The notes under the pieces were generated by a model that was not told the DNA's origin, ran no database searches, and saw only the letters and a list, made by a program, of their open reading frames with translations. This document shows, piece by piece, positions 37,600 to 51,434 of a DNA stretch of 64,000 bases. Position 1 is the first letter of the stretch; every line of letters starts with the position of its first letter. Source of the stretch: Camelus dromedarius (lineage: Eukaryota); contig NC_087436.1 of the NCBI RefSeq assembly GCF_036321535.1, positions 112,160,001 to 112,224,000 of the forward strand, written 5' to 3'. Made by a program: the position numbers and the translations under genes.

Positions 37600-40500
37600 T
37601 CATTACATAAGCCATCTGGAGTTAACACAGAATCCCATGCCTCATGCTGCTGGCTCCTTCTCGCCCAGGTGGCAGGGTTTTTTTGTGTCACCCGAGGCAA
37701 AAGCATCTTAAAGAGGTACCAATTTCTCTGGGCAGGGATGGAAGGCCACCTGGGCATTTGAGAAGTCCAGCAGAAAATTTGTTTAATTTTAATTCATTTA
37801 ATATATTACTCCAAACTTCTTCCACCTGGGATTTTTTTATTCTTTTACCTAATACTAATATCTGCAAAATGTACAATCGGAAATATTGACAATACACATG
37901 TTATGGGCTCCCAGCTTTATTTCCTGCCAATCCTCCCCGCCCCTCCGTAGTTATCAGACGCTCCCCGAATAGACCGTCCCTGCCTGATGCTTCTATACAT
38001 CTGCATGTGCCTTTCCCTCCTTTCTGCCTGGCAAATTCTTTTTCACATTCAAAAGCAAGTTCATTACTCCCACTCCTCTTCGGGGACTCCTATCTGACCC
38101 TCAACCAAAAAAGAGAGCAACTACCTTCCCTGAGCCAAAAGACCCCTGCCACGCCCGTCCTGAGTGTTAAGAAGGACCAGAGCGCTGGGGGTCAAGCCTC
38201 CCTGGGGTTTCATGCAGTTAGTAAGACCCCAGCCAAGAAGCTCCTCTTTATGCTGGATCAGATCATTAAGTTACAATGGAGGGGCGCTGCTGTTTTCTCA
38301 ACATGCCCGTAGGTTGTAAGGCAGGGGTGGAGGGGATAGAATAAGCACTTGATGACTTCTACAGAGATCTTATTTGTGTTTTTGTTTTTTGCACGGCATT
38401 ATAATTTCATTTTCCCTTGTCCGTATTCCTCACTGGGCTTAGAGCTCCTCTGGGTTAGGGAGCAGGTCTTATTTATTTTGGCATCTCCAAAAGTTAGCCC
38501 AGTGTCCATCTAATATCAAATAGATCTTTGAAAAACAGGCTTTTTAAAATGATTGGTTTTTTTTAATTTAACATAAAGAATAAGAGAACCGTAAGTTGCT
38601 AGATTGTGGTGGAGGAGTGTGGGTTATGGGTGTTCTGAGCAGAGAGATCTCAAGGTAAATGACAGCATTGGGAAGGCCTCTATGAGGGAGACGGGGCAGC
38701 GCTGGGACAGGTGGGGAGCAAGGGGAATCCCACCCCGGCCCCAGAAGCATCATCTGAATCTGTCCTTATCCGTTCTGGGTCTAACATCCTGCTCCTTGTT
38801 GGGATCTCAGCTGAGCGGTGCTCTTCATGCTGAAAAATGAAAATCAAAATCTCCTATCATTTTGCATCCCTCCAATTGGCAACCTTATTTTTTAAATGAT
38901 AAGACCTGGTGTTTGTGAAAATGCACAAAAATGAGTGAGCTTTTAAGCTGCATGAGGAATATAAATCAGCACAATTCTGTTTCAATATTTTGTTTCCTTC
39001 CTCGGGCCCAGCACAGGCTTTTAGCCAAACCAGTGATGATAAAACATGCATTTCCCTGGTCTGAGTGCTTCCAGGACTAGAGGCGAGAACGAATGTTGAA
39101 GGAGGTCAGTGTCGATTGTGGGGCAAGCCCGTTGGGGTGAGGCGTGATTTCTAAGACCCTAAGTAAGACATCTGGCTCATCCACATACAAGCATCCCACG
39201 ACGGCTCGTGGGTGTAAAGACGCAGAGTGAGACAGAATAAACACTACTAAGACATTAATCATATTTTGCCACATACAAAATTTGGGAGTGCAGCCAAGTT
39301 CACTCAAGCTCGGTCTTTGAAACATACGTCATCCCCAAAGGCGCCGTGGACAGAGCGTTCGTTATTACTTAGTGATCACCAGAGAAACGTGAGCTGTACG
39401 TGGGGCATCCTTCTCTGCGAAGCTGCCCTGGGTTTAAGATCATTTACCTTGAAAGCTAAAATTAAAGCACGGTGCTCATCATGAAGGCTCTGTTGGTGTA
39501 ATTAATAATGCAGAGCCCTCCCGTCCTGTCGGAGAGGACTTGTGTTGCTAATTATATTGTTATGAATGTGGTTTAGACTATTATTAATGCAGGAAATATC
39601 AATACTTAAAAGCTTTGCTGGCAGTGAGGTTTTTGCTTCGGCAGGCACGAGCCAGCCGGTAAGCATTAAATACTTTCTTGCTTAGAGGCATTAATCTGTA
39701 CTCTCTTTGAATACATTTAATTAAAAATTTTGACTTCCCGGTAATTGTTGTTTTTATGTAACCCCAAAATGGAATTTCAGTGAAGGGCACGGTCTTTAAC
39801 AGAAGAACCGTTGTCCAGCCAGGAGACAGTGAAGGAGACGGACTTCTCTGTTGAAGTCTTGCTTTCCTGGGAAGACTATGTGCAGCCTTAGGGACAACCA
39901 TCAAGGATATGATTTGCTTGTGTCATTTGCCAACACTTTTTTAGAACCCACTTCTGAGAGTCCATCGCAAACCACTTCGGAGCCCACCGACCCAGGCTTT
40001 AAAGTCCATGATTTCCTGTGTGGGCAGATTCTTCCACCTGCAAGAATTTGCCTTGTCTCATCTGATTTGTGAGGTCACTCTTACTATTTTTATCTTTGCT
40101 CACGTGACGATTTTGTAACTTCAGAAATGAGTGTGGTGGTGGGGATGGAGCAGGGGACTGTGTTCTACAACTTAAATGTCTTATCTTATTTAAACCTCAT
40201 AATGACCTAAGACTCGGCATTTCACCCTGTTTTGATAACACTGAGGCTTGAGGAGGTTAAAGCCTCACCATGGTCACGTAGCTGATTGGTCCCAGATGAG
40301 CTTTGAACCTGGGTCTGACTCTGAAGCCCAGGCTCCTTCCTGGCTTCCACCTCTCAACTTGGTGTCTCTTCCATCAGGAGCAACCAACTGAGCAGTTTCC
40401 TGTGATGTGGGGCTTCTGGTTTTAAAATCTGGGGCTGTCCCAGGTAAACAAGTTGATCGCCGTAGTTCCATCCCATAATTCTTCACTTTACACCCTCTTC

Positions 40501-43054
40501 CCAGATGACTAACATCATCACTTTATCCCAGAGGCAGGAATGGAGACAGCTGACCAACTCCCTCCCTAGGAAGTGGTTGACCTTCGGAGAATATCAGAGT
40601 GACCCACAGAAGGAGCAGATGCCCCGGGGAGGGACAGAACTTCCCTGAACAAGCATGGCCCAGGAAGTCACACTAACTGGCATGGGTCAGTTACCACCAG
40701 ATGCTAATCCCTCCGTCAGGAAAGATTTCTCCCAGTGTTGAGTTTGGGAAAACGTAATGGTGATTCAATGCCAGCTGTCGTGGAGACAAATAAACAGACA
40801 TGGTCTATCAGGGTGACAGAGAAAAACCAATGATGATCAAACATTCACCTCTCCAAATAATTTGCCACAGCTTTAAGAAGCCCTCCATGAACACACCAAA
40901 GCGTCCCAGGCTGCGAGACTTTATTGCTAATAAAGTTGAAAATATGCTAGTATTAATACAGCTGGCACTAAAGAATAGGAAATAAATGCCTGGAAGTTTG
41001 TCAGCTTATTAATCATTCTTTTGTAAGTGGTGTTCTTACTTCCATTGCTGCAACATCGAAGCACAGTGCATTGGCTAAAGGCCAAGCTAGCTTTTGCGTT
41101 GGCGTGTTACCACGTGCTGTGGTTCTGTGCTTCTCTCCCATTTATTAAAGCTGCAGAGTTCCCACAATTTAGTCTAAAAATAACATCAGTTCTGTGAAAA
41201 ACACTGCATTTGTGCTTTAGCCATGGTATAGAAATATGAAAGCGTGTGTGTGTATGTGTGTACCTGGAAAAAATATTATGATGCCTGAAATCTGTAATTT
41301 GTTATGCTCCTGAAAAACCTTATTTTGGGCATACTGAAAATTAAAAGAAAAAAATTCAAAGGGAAAGTGGGGAGAGGAGGATAAAAAGGGAGGAAATTGT
41401 TTACTATTTTTAGTGCACAAGCGGATTGTGCTAAGCTAAAATGAAATCTTAGAAACAGCCTTCTTTTTTTTTTTTAGAACCTTTGATTTCTAAATGAAAA
41501 TTGTGCCGTGCTCACCTTAGGTCCGATTCTGCTTTCCTTCATCAGTTGGAACTGCAAAGTGTTCGTGGAAAAACAATCAGTTGGCATATTTCCTCCATGA
41601 CGTAAAACTGCATCCCTTTGGGGTGCTTTTGGACAGAGGCTTCCTAAATGAAAACAATGCCAGTAATAAGGTTTTCCTAAACCACATGCCTGGTTTGAAT
41701 ATATCTGTCTGTCCACTCCGCCGTGCCAGCGTGGCTTGCGGCAGAATGGGTGACACCATGGTGATTTATTTTGGACCCCAAAGGACTTGAACAAGACATA
41801 TAGTGTTTGAGAAGCCACGTGAACCTGAGGGAGCTGCCAGGGACACAGGTGAAGAGCGACAGGGGATGCGTTTCATGAGGGGAACCAAGAGCAGTAGGAG
41901 CGATCAGTTCTCTCAGCTGCACAAATAGAAAAAGCGGACGGCTTGCCTATCGGACGCATCAGGTGTCAGGATTTGACGCAGAACTCCTGAATAATGTGTT
42001 GTTTGCCTTTTGGAGATATTAAGAGGAAGGAAATGTCGTTCTGCAACTTCACACAAGGTAGCGAAGACAGGCAGAGCGCTGGGAAGTTGTCATTTCCTCG
42101 GCTGCTTCCGAAAGATACCGTTGGGAGTTGAGGGTTACAGGGAGGTACAGAGGGACCGGGAGGCCCAGCACTGGCCCCGGGAAAGAGCACTTGGCAGGAT
42201 GCTTTTTCATCAGCCGTGATTTCAAAACTATGAGCCAAAGGAAGAGAGAGCTTTGCAATAGCAGAGGGTAGTGGGGACAATGTAAACTTTGGAAGAATCC
42301 ATTGCTTTAATAGCTGTTTACTGAGCACCTGCTGTTTGCTGAGATCCTCTCTGGGTATAGGCTTAAAAGGAGTTCTGCTCAAACCTGGTTCCAGGACTTT
42401 CTAGCTGTGGAACAGGGGCAAGGCACCAAAGGTCTCTAAAAATCTGGTGGTCATCTCTGAAAATGAAAATTACTAGTCCTAATCTGTAACATCTTTGTGA
42501 AGATAAAATGAGTTGACTTACGGATGGTGAGTCACTTGAAGCTCTCGCACTCATCTGTAAAATGAGCATCATGATACTTAGGTCCTAGGGCTGTTGGCCT
42601 GTTGGGCTCTTGTGAAGTTTAGAAAAGGCAACAGAGCAGCTAGCTGTGTGCCAACCCCCCAGAATAGTAGGTGGCATTTTTAGGATTTGTTGTGTTGGCT
42701 CCAGCGAATACAATTCAAGAACAGACTTCAAGAGCATCTCCTTGAGTATAAGTGGGAACTTATAATTTTAGGAAGTTTCTCTAGACCTTCAAGACAAGCT
42801 TTTATGATGCAAAAAATTCCAGAAGAATGGAGGTGTATGATGACCCTCGTTTCATCTATGTTTATATCAAAGGAATTGTGTGTTTGAAGCCAGGAATGAA
42901 CTGGCTCTTCTTTGGGACTTGGGGCACTACGTTCCACCTCAGGTCATGAGGGACAGAGAGCTGGACCCCACCTGCAGTGTGCCCTTGGGAACTTACCTTC
43001 TATCAATGGCTGAACTGAGATTTGCCCATATAGATTGCAATTTTTTTTTTTTTA

Positions 43055-43400
43055 GCTTACTCAACAGAAATTGACTTTCTGGAGGCTAGAAGTTCAAGAT
43101 CAAGGCATCAGCAGGGTTGGTCCATTGGAGGCCTGTCTCCTCAATGCGGAGATGTCTGTTTTCCCCCTGTGTCCTCACATGCTCTTCCCTTTGCATGTGT
43201 CATTCTGGGGCTCAGAAGTCCACACCAGTCTCACCAGACTAAGGTCAAGGTGTAGCAGAGCCCATTGCTTCTGGAGGTTCTAGGGGAGAATCAGTGTCCT
43301 TGCCTTTCCCAGCCTCTGGAGGAGGGTTATATTTTATGTTTTGTGGCCCCTTTCTTTATCTTCAAAGCCAGCAATGCATTTCAAGTCCTTCTTACATCAC
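43055..43400 (-). mobile_element. Two abutting MaLR LTR fragments (MLT1A-like then MLT1D-like)
   Basis: ttctggaggctagaagttcaagatcaagg...ccctgtgtcctcacatg, then ttctggaggttctaggggagaatc. Confidence 0.7.
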
Positions 43401-45672
43401 ATCACTCAACAAAACAGGAAGTACTGAATGCCCTGGGAGGGTTACAGGCTGTGAAAATTTTCCGAGAGCCAGCTAAGAGGACCAAGACCAGACCCAACTG
43501 AGAGCAGATGTCCCATTTGGGAAGGAGGACACCTTACCAAGTGTCACAATGTGGTAGAAACAACAGCCCCTGAGTGAGGAGAGAGAAGACCTCAGCTCAG
43601 CAGTGTGAGACCAGGCAGTCCCTTACATCCTGAGGCCCCATTGCTGTAAAGATGTCCAAAAGTAATTTAGATTTCAAAATTCTATGATTTTAGGAGTCTG
43701 TTTGGTGACTTATAAATAATTTGAGAATCTCAGACTCCACCTGAATTTAGTTGCCTAGAGTGAACTTACCGTCGTGTTTTCTTGCCTATCTTTGCTAGAA
43801 GGCCCCCAGGCTAGTTCTGCCTTTTGGATCTGCCACCTCCAATGAAGATGCACCCCTCCCAGGCTCCTCACATTTCTCAGAGGGCCCCAGGAACCCATTC
43901 TTCCTCACATCTAGTGATTCAGTGTCAGAAGAGGATAAGGTCAGGCAAATCTCAACCCTAAACTCTCTTGTATACACACACATACACACCGAAAAAGGGT
44001 GGAGGCTGAAGCCCCAGTATATTGGATCAATTTCATGGCTTAGAACAAGAGCAGGTCTTCAATCACTGTATACAGATCTTCTGTCAAGGGCTCAAGGACC
44101 AGTGATGCTCTCAAAGCACAGAAAACAAAAGGAAAACCATGAGATAAATACATGGAGGAAGATAAGGAAGGGAAGCTTCCAATGTGAGTAACTGTAGATA
44201 GATGAAGAAAAACACACGGAAAACAATCATAATCTGTGATCTCTCTGGAGACTTTTAATACTCTCTGTGGGAAAATAAGCAGAATGAAATTAGAAGCGAT
44301 GTATATTTACATTTTCCTGTAACTCCAGAGAAAAAGCAGCAAAGTGGCAGGACCCTCAGTGCCTAACTTGATTTTGCTGAGGATAAAGGAGCAACAGGGC
44401 CCTGCCCTCCCTGTGGCCTGGCCTCACCTGTTTCTTTACACCGAAATGTCTGCGTTTGAGACTCGGAGACAGCATTTCATTTATTCATTCAACATTAACT
44501 TGTTTTTCTTCTTGCCTACTACGTGCCAAATTCTGATGATATAAAGGTGGACAACTCTCCTTGACACAGGACCCCGATTTCACTAGGGAAGCAGACGTAC
44601 ATTCAGTTCATGATAAGGCAGGGTGACAAAGCTGTGTTCACATGCATGGGCATAAAAATTAGAAGGGAGTAGCAGACCTGATCTGGGGGCTAAGTTCAAG
44701 GTGGCTGAGATGCTAAGGAGGTCCCCATAGCTGTGTGACCTTGGACCTGTTACGCACTCTCTCTGGTCTCCCTTTCCTCCTCTGTGTACCTGTATGGTTA
44801 ACAGTGCTGGGAGGGTGAGAAAATCCACAAAAGGCACTGAGCCCAGGCAACCCCGAATGCTTGTCATATTTGGAAGTGATGAGGGATTCATTACCAGGCT
44901 GCTAATAGAGTTTTATAATCATGGTTTTCTTCCCTCCTGCAACTTTTCGAGGAAACTTTGTAATGTGTTTGAAGAGTTGACATATGATGGATCCTTGGAT
45001 CTTGGTCAAGACTCTGCTGCTCTGAATAAACTGGAGGAGACAGTAGACAGGACACGCTCTTCCCCGAGTTCCCGGACACTTGAGTTCCAAAATGAAATTT
45101 GGCTTTGTACATAATGTCATTACCGCTGTGAGGTCCCCAGGCATCTGTCCTCTCCCCTGTCACTTATAGATCACCTTGCAGCCTGCAGGTTTTGCTTCAT
45201 GAACTTTTTTCTCTTAAAATCCTCTCATCTCCCAGCTCGCATCTCCCCGCACCTTTCTGTTTTTGACGATGGATGCACGGCAGTGAGCTCTATCCAGCAG
45301 GCCTGCTGCCCTCCCAGCGCTTTGTGCCTGAATCCTCCGCACCAGGTCCAGGCAGTGAAAAAATAGATTAGACCCTGTCACCAAGTTGCACAAATCAGCA
45401 TCTCTTCATTCTCAGGAGACCCCAAAAATCATTATTCCTCTACCCTGCACCCTCCAGTGTCTTCCCATCCCACTCAAACCAAAGGCCAGCATGATCCAGC
45501 CCCTCACTACCTCTCTGAACTCATCCTTTCCCGCTGGTCTCCTCATTGTCTCCACTCCAGACAGGCTCCTCTCCTACATGCTCCTCAAAGCCCCTAGGAC
45601 TTTGCCCTTGCTGTTCCCTCTGCCCAGAACGTTTTCCCCCCAAATATCCCACTTCCTAACTTCTTCTGAGAT

Positions 45673-45825
45673 TAGGATTGCTGGATAAAATACAGTTAAA
45701 TTTAAATACCAAATAACTAATGGATGAGTTATTTATTTATTACTGTAATAAATTATAATTTATTCTCTGAAATGCAAATGTACCTGGGCATCCTGTATTT
45801 TTATTTGTTAAATATGGTAACCTTA
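45673..45825. mobile_element. MER53-like palindromic hAT MITE
   Basis: taggattgctggataaaatacag...ctgggcatcctgtatttttatttgttaaatatggtaaccttа-type termini match the recalled MER53 consensus ends. Confidence 0.75.
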
Positions 45826-45860
45826 CCAGAGGGCTTTACTTAGATATCGCTTTGGGTGAC

Positions 45861-46350
45861 TGTATTAGTTTTCTATTGCTGCTAAAACAAATTACCACCA
45901 ATTTAGTGTCTTAAAATGCCACAAATGTATTACCTTCCAGTAGATCAGAAGTCTTAATGTTTATCACCGTGCTGAAATCAAGGTGTTGTCAGGACTGTGT
46001 TCCTTTCTAGAGAGGGGCTCTAGAGGAGAATGGGTTTCCTTGCTTTTTCCAACTTCTTGGTGGCCACCATGTTCCCTGGCTCAGGACCCCCTCCCATCTT
46101 CAAAGCTCTCAAAGCCAGGCCAAGTTCCTCTCATGCTGCCATCTTTCTAACTCTCCTTTCTGACTCCCTCTTCCACTTTTTAATACCCTTGTAATTCAAT
46201 TGGACCCGCCTGGATAATCCAGACTAATCTCTCCATCTCAAGGTCAGCTGATTAGCAACTTTAATTCCCTTTGCCATGTAAGCTGACATACTCACACATT
46301 CAAGGGATCAGGGCATGGACATGTCTGCAGAGCCATGATTCTTCCAACAC
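45861..46350 (-). mobile_element. MaLR solo LTR (MLT1D-like)
   Basis: tgtattagttttctattgctgctaaaacaaattaccac...ctggataatccagactaatctctccatctcaaggtcagctgattagcaac. Confidence 0.85.
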
Positions 46351-47872
46351 AGTGACTGCAGCCAAAGCACCCAAATTTTCAGCGCCCCCCAACTCCAACA
46401 TTTCACGTAGCCTTTCCCTGCTCCCTTTTTTCCGCTTGGTAGTCATCACTAACATTTATCTTGTGCTTTTGAAATATATCTATCTCCTTCACTAGAGTGT
46501 AGCTCTGTAAGAGGAGTGACTTCCTTTATTTCTATTTACAGCATCCCCAGCACTTAGAACAAACACAGGGCACATAGTGTGTATTCAATAAATACGTGTT
46601 GAATGACTGAGTGAGTGAATGAATGAACTCCAGCTTCCACCAATTCCGTGTTCATACAGCATCGCCATGTCAACATGAGTCCCTCTTTCCACCAATCTCA
46701 CTTCTGTTCCTGGGAGGGGAAGTGGCTGCTGATGTAAGGCTCCCCAGGTGATGGAGGGGTCCAGGGGGCAGGCAGGCAGCTGAGCGCTCCATTCCTGAGA
46801 AGTCACTTGTTCCCTGTGTGCCCGAGTGGAGTGGCAGGGCTGTCACTTGGCAGAAGCTCCCAGGATGGCAGGCAGGCAGCAGGCAGGCAGGCACTCCAAA
46901 GGCAGCCACGCTCGGGGTGCCCAGAACTGAGAAGGAGCTGTCTGTATCCCCACACTCCCCGTAGCCCAGAAATCCTCCCAGAGAGCGGCCGGGGGATGCT
47001 GCCCCAAACCCCAGAACAAAATGCTGTCTTTTATAGCCTTGTGGGTGTTTACACCAGCGCAGGAGGAAGGTGACAGCACGCAGGCAATGTTCAGGAGGGA
47101 CTCTAACTGCACCAACAAGACAGCCATGTTCCTTGGCAACCGCCACTGACAGCTCCCAAGAACCACATCCAAATTCCCTTCCTCGCAATACTGAGATTAT
47201 AAGGCCCCATTCATAAATGCTAGTGCTTAAATGTTACCTCCGGGCAACTACACCATTTCTTAATTCCCAGGGAAAAATTACCAACATGTTACAAAAACTA
47301 CCTGTTTCCAGTGAGAAACAGCAGGGACCAGTGTAAACGCTCCCAGCTCTGTGATCAGCTCTCGTCGGCTCTCAGGGGCGTCTCCACTGCTTGGACACTG
47401 AGCAGCCCGTGTTTGCCTTGGGGGATATCTGGCACGTTTGTGTCACAAAACACATCAAAATGTCGATGAGGCTCTCTTCCTCCTGCTGGGGAAACGTGGT
47501 TGAAGGAACCCCAGCATGCTCACCACACCGCCGTCCCGTGTTCAGCCTAGCGGTGCTTGTGGACAGCCCGGCTCACACGGATGCTTTGCCCACATCAGTG
47601 GCATCGCTCAGCTGTTCTGTGGGGCAAAAATTGAGGCCTTGAGGAGTCCAGATCTGACCCATTTTCTGAGGTCTGATCACCTGTTGGTTTTTGGTTTTCA
47701 TTCAATCACATTCACTGATTCAAGGAGTCATTTAATCCACAAATATTAGACACATTGCTTGGCACTGGGGAATATTTTGAAAAAATAAAACAATTCGACC
47801 CAGCCCAGGTCTCAGTCTTCACAGCCTGGTGGGGGCGCTGTGTAGCTCTCTACGTCCACCGACGGAGGCCGT

Positions 47873-48278
47873 TGTCCTGGTCGGCCAGGCTGTCTTAACA
47901 AAACACCGAGCACTGGGCGGTTTAAACAACAGAAGTCTATTTCCTAACAGTTCTGCAGGCGGGAAGACTGAGATCAAGGTCCAGCAGGGCTTGCTGTCCA
48001 GCGTGGGGCCTCTTGCCTGCCTGCGGATGGCTGGCCCCTCGCTGTGCTCTCACACGGCCTCTCCTGAGTGCGTGCACACGGAGAGAGAGAGAGAGAGGCC
48101 TCTGATGACTCCTCCTCCTCTTAGAAGACCACCAGTCTATCAGATTAGGACCCCACCGTTATGCTTGCATTTAGCCTTAATTACCTCCTGAAGCTCTGTC
48201 TCCAAATACAGTCACACTGGGGGTTAGGGATCCACCACAGGAATTGGGGAGGGAGTGGCCACACTGCAGTTCACAGCA
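47873..48278 (-). mobile_element. MaLR solo LTR (MLT1A-like)
   Basis: ggcggtttaaacaacagaagtctattt...taattacctcctgaagctctgtctccaaatacagtcacactggggg. Confidence 0.85.
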
Positions 48279-48284
48279 GCCATA

Positions 48285-48630
48285 GTACCAGCTACTTAAT
48301 CAAAGGCGGATCCAGGTTTGGCTGTGAAGGTATTTTGGAGATGTGGTTATCCTCTACCCCAAAGTTGACTTTAAGTGAAATAGATGACTGTTGGGTGAGC
48401 CTCATCCAATCAGTTGAAGGTCTTAAGAACAAAACTGAGGTTTCCTGGAGAAGAGGGAGTTTTGGCTCAAGACTGAAGCATTAACTCCTGCCTCATTTCC
48501 AGCCTATAGAAACACTATGGATTTCAGACTTGCTAACCATTAATCATGAGAGCCAGTTCCTTAAAATACCTACCCGCCTACATCCATCCATCTTGTTGGT
48601 TCTATTGTCTAGAGAACCCTAACTAATACA
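48285..48630 (+). mobile_element. ERVL LTR fragment (MLT2-like)
   Basis: gggtgagcctcatccaatcagttgaaggtcttaagaacaaaactgaggtttcc...gagaaccctaactaataca. Confidence 0.8.
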
Positions 48631-49427
48631 GTGGCAGACAACAGACAGTGTCTGACAGAGGCCAGTTAGGGTAATTCTGGGCCACTGGCCTTCATTTTCA
48701 GTGCGTGACTCACCTGTCAGCACTGCAAGTGGTCACTTAGAATTTTTTTTAATTACCTGAAATTTGCTTGTAACCCTCTATGTAACAGACAGCAGTCCTT
48801 AAGTATTAGTGATTGTGGGGTATTTCCAGGCAGATGTTTCCTTTCTCCTCTAGAAACATTCCAGCTACTATGCCCTAGAATTTGAGATGCTGGTAGAAAA
48901 CATGAATAGGGTACTTGTGGCAATGGCTCAGTAGTCAAGACAACTTATTTACAGGAAATAAATGTTGACTAAACATTTTAAACATCCATTGTATCACCAA
49001 AATCTAACTATTAAGCTGTGTGAATGTATATGTGTATATACCTTGGGCAGGCACCATCTGTAAAATTTTAAAAGGTGTGTCCTGACAAGTTTCAGAATGT
49101 CTTCCACGAAGCCCCACACCCCTACCCTTCTTGGTTATACGCTCATCATAATAAACATGCATAGAGCACTTCCCATACTAAAACCTAGTACACAGTTTCA
49201 GTGGATTTTCTTGTTTCTCCTAACAACCTAATTAGTTAGGTACTGTTATCCTAACTTTTCTGATGGAGAAACTGAGACATGAAGGGCTTGAGTAATCAAT
49301 CACTCAAGGTCACCTAGTTATGAAGTAGCTGGAATTTGAACCCAAGCCAAATTTGCATGCTTAACGCCTACATACGATGCCCACACACACCTTTTAGATA
49401 TTGCCTAATGTTTTAACAAACCATGAA

Positions 49428-49740
49428 TGTCAATCAGAATCCATCCAGGAAAACAAAACTCACACCAGGTAATTTAATAGAGGAAATTTAATATGGCAAA
49501 TTATTTATAAAAGAGTTGGAGCTAAAAAAGCCACCGGGGGAAGATGAGGCAGCCCTAAGATTAGCAACTGCCACTCTGGGGGAGAATGGCAGGAGGTGTT
49601 ACTATTAGGCTACCTGGCAGGACCTGGGACCATAGTGGACCTTGGTGACAGCTGTTGGAGAGGCCATGTTGGGACTAGAGTAGACCTTGGTGACATCTGT
49701 TGGAGAGGCCATCTGAACCACAGAGAGGATGAGAAATACC
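49428..49740. mobile_element. Old ERVL-type LTR fragment (subfamily uncertain)
   Basis: tgtcaatcagaatccatccaggaaaacaaaactcacaccagg...agaggaaatttaat resembles the terminus of LTR33/LTR41-like elements. Confidence 0.45.
49625..49714. repeat. Tandem duplication, 2 x 45 bp (40/45 identical)
   Basis: tgggaccatagtggaccttggtgacagctgttggagaggccatgt / tgggactagagtagaccttggtgacatctgttggagaggccatct. Confidence 0.9.
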
Positions 49741-49760
49741 CTTACTTCTTTTTCTACTCT

Positions 49761-50140
49761 TGTAGTAAGATGAATAATGTCCCTCACATATCCATGTTCA
49801 CCTGGATCCTCAGGATGTGACCTTATTTGGAAATCCAATGACTGAGGTCCTTGTAAGAAGAGGAGAGGACTCAGAGACCCAGAGGAAGAGACCATGTGAA
49901 AATGGAAGCAGAGGTTCGTGTGATTCAGACACAAACCAAAGAACAGCAAAGACAGCCAGAGCCAACAGAAGTTGGCAGAGGCAAGGAAGCAGTCTTCCCT
50001 AGAGAGTTCGGAAGGAGGGCGACCCTGCCAACACCTTGAGTTCAGATTTCTAGTCTCCAGAGCTGAGCAAGAGTAAGTTTCTGTTGTTTTCTGCCACCCA
50101 GTTGGTGGCACTTTGCTATGGCACCCCTGGCAAAATAACC
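49761..50140 (+). mobile_element. MaLR solo LTR (MLT1C-like)
   Basis: tgtagtaagatgaataatgtccc...atgtgaccttatttggaaat...ccctgccaacaccttgagttcagatttctag. Confidence 0.85.
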
Positions 50141-51434
50141 CACCTTCCTCCAGTATCCCCTGGTGCCTCCAACTGGCCCAGCCTCACCCATAGCCACTTG
50201 GCCAAAATAACTGGGAAATAGTGCACAAGGGGTCTGTCCCATGCAACACAGAGCTGGGAGGAAGGGTGGGGTCTAAGGGCAAGAAGACAATTAACAGGAG
50301 CACGTGGAAGGGGCACTGGCACCAAACGGCACCGCAGAGAAATCAAGTCCGTGGGTGGGAAGGAAAGAGAATGAACATCAGAGGCCTGACTGGTGCATCA
50401 GAAACCGTGAGCTTGCTCTGCAGCTCAGGAAGCTAGCCCAGCGCTTCTCTCCTGAGGGTAGGTCAGAAGAGCAGCCAGCGTCCTCAGTGGTCCTGCACAC
50501 GCGCTCTTCCTGGCAGCCTTAAAATTGAGAGCAAGTCATAGATGCTGAAATGCGCATGCGTGACTCTTGCTTTGGAAGAGGATGGTCCCACCAAGACCCA
50601 AGTGACAGCTGCTGCACACTCTCCTCTCCCAGAACTTGGAGCGAGCTGCCTGTCTCCAGGGCCGGATGTGATAACTTCCCCACGCAATCAATTTGCAAAA
50701 CAATTGAGAAAAGGCAAAGGCTCCCCTGGTTGAATCTTCAGATAAAAGAGAGGACGTTTTGAATTTGACAATCAGTCTACCTTTAATCCTATCAGGAAAT
50801 AAACTCAAGTCATAATCTGATGTTTTGGAATTGCATAGCTTCTAAGGGAAAGCGTTTCCTCTCTCCCTTGTTTTTCATCCTCTAAGGCAGAGTGGGTTTT
50901 ACTCATGTGGATGCCTATTATTCATTCTTATCTGTTTCTACATGGGATTATCTGCTTGTTTTGTTTTGTTTTCCTTTTAGATTCTGTATGTTATATTTTT
51001 CTATTGTTTTAAATTAAAATCTTTTGATGATCTGTTTCTTAATTAGGAGAGACCCCTTCCCCCTTAGATAAGAGTTTGCTTCTGAATCATCCCCCATCCT
51101 CTTTCTAACTTGGATTTAGCCAGAGGAGTAAAAAGAAAAAGAAAAAAAAGGGGAGAGGAAAGAAAAGAAAAAGGACTACTGTTTGTGGATTTGTATTTAT
51201 CACTGAATTCTGCAAATGGACTATTATCAGAGACATTAGCTACTAAAAGGCCAGGTACCACTGACCTGATTACCATCCTTCAAACATTATACCTAGTGGC
51301 TCCCTAAGTCTCAGAGAGACCGAGTGATTTACTTCCTAGACGAGCCAACCAGTCATTTCACACACTGATCTGCTGGCTCAGTGGAGATGGGCCACTGGTG
51401 CAACCAGTATTTATCATAATCCCAATTTCCATCT

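Noticed and set aside
46670..47188. 172-aa antisense ORF
   Set aside because: GC-rich stretch open in several frames, with a non-ATG start and no recognisable domain.
49625..49714. Short direct repeats (also 37533-37599 and 55032-55093) as CRISPR-like or functional arrays
   Set aside because: Only two adjacent units with no spacers, in mammalian DNA. These are ordinary tandem duplications.
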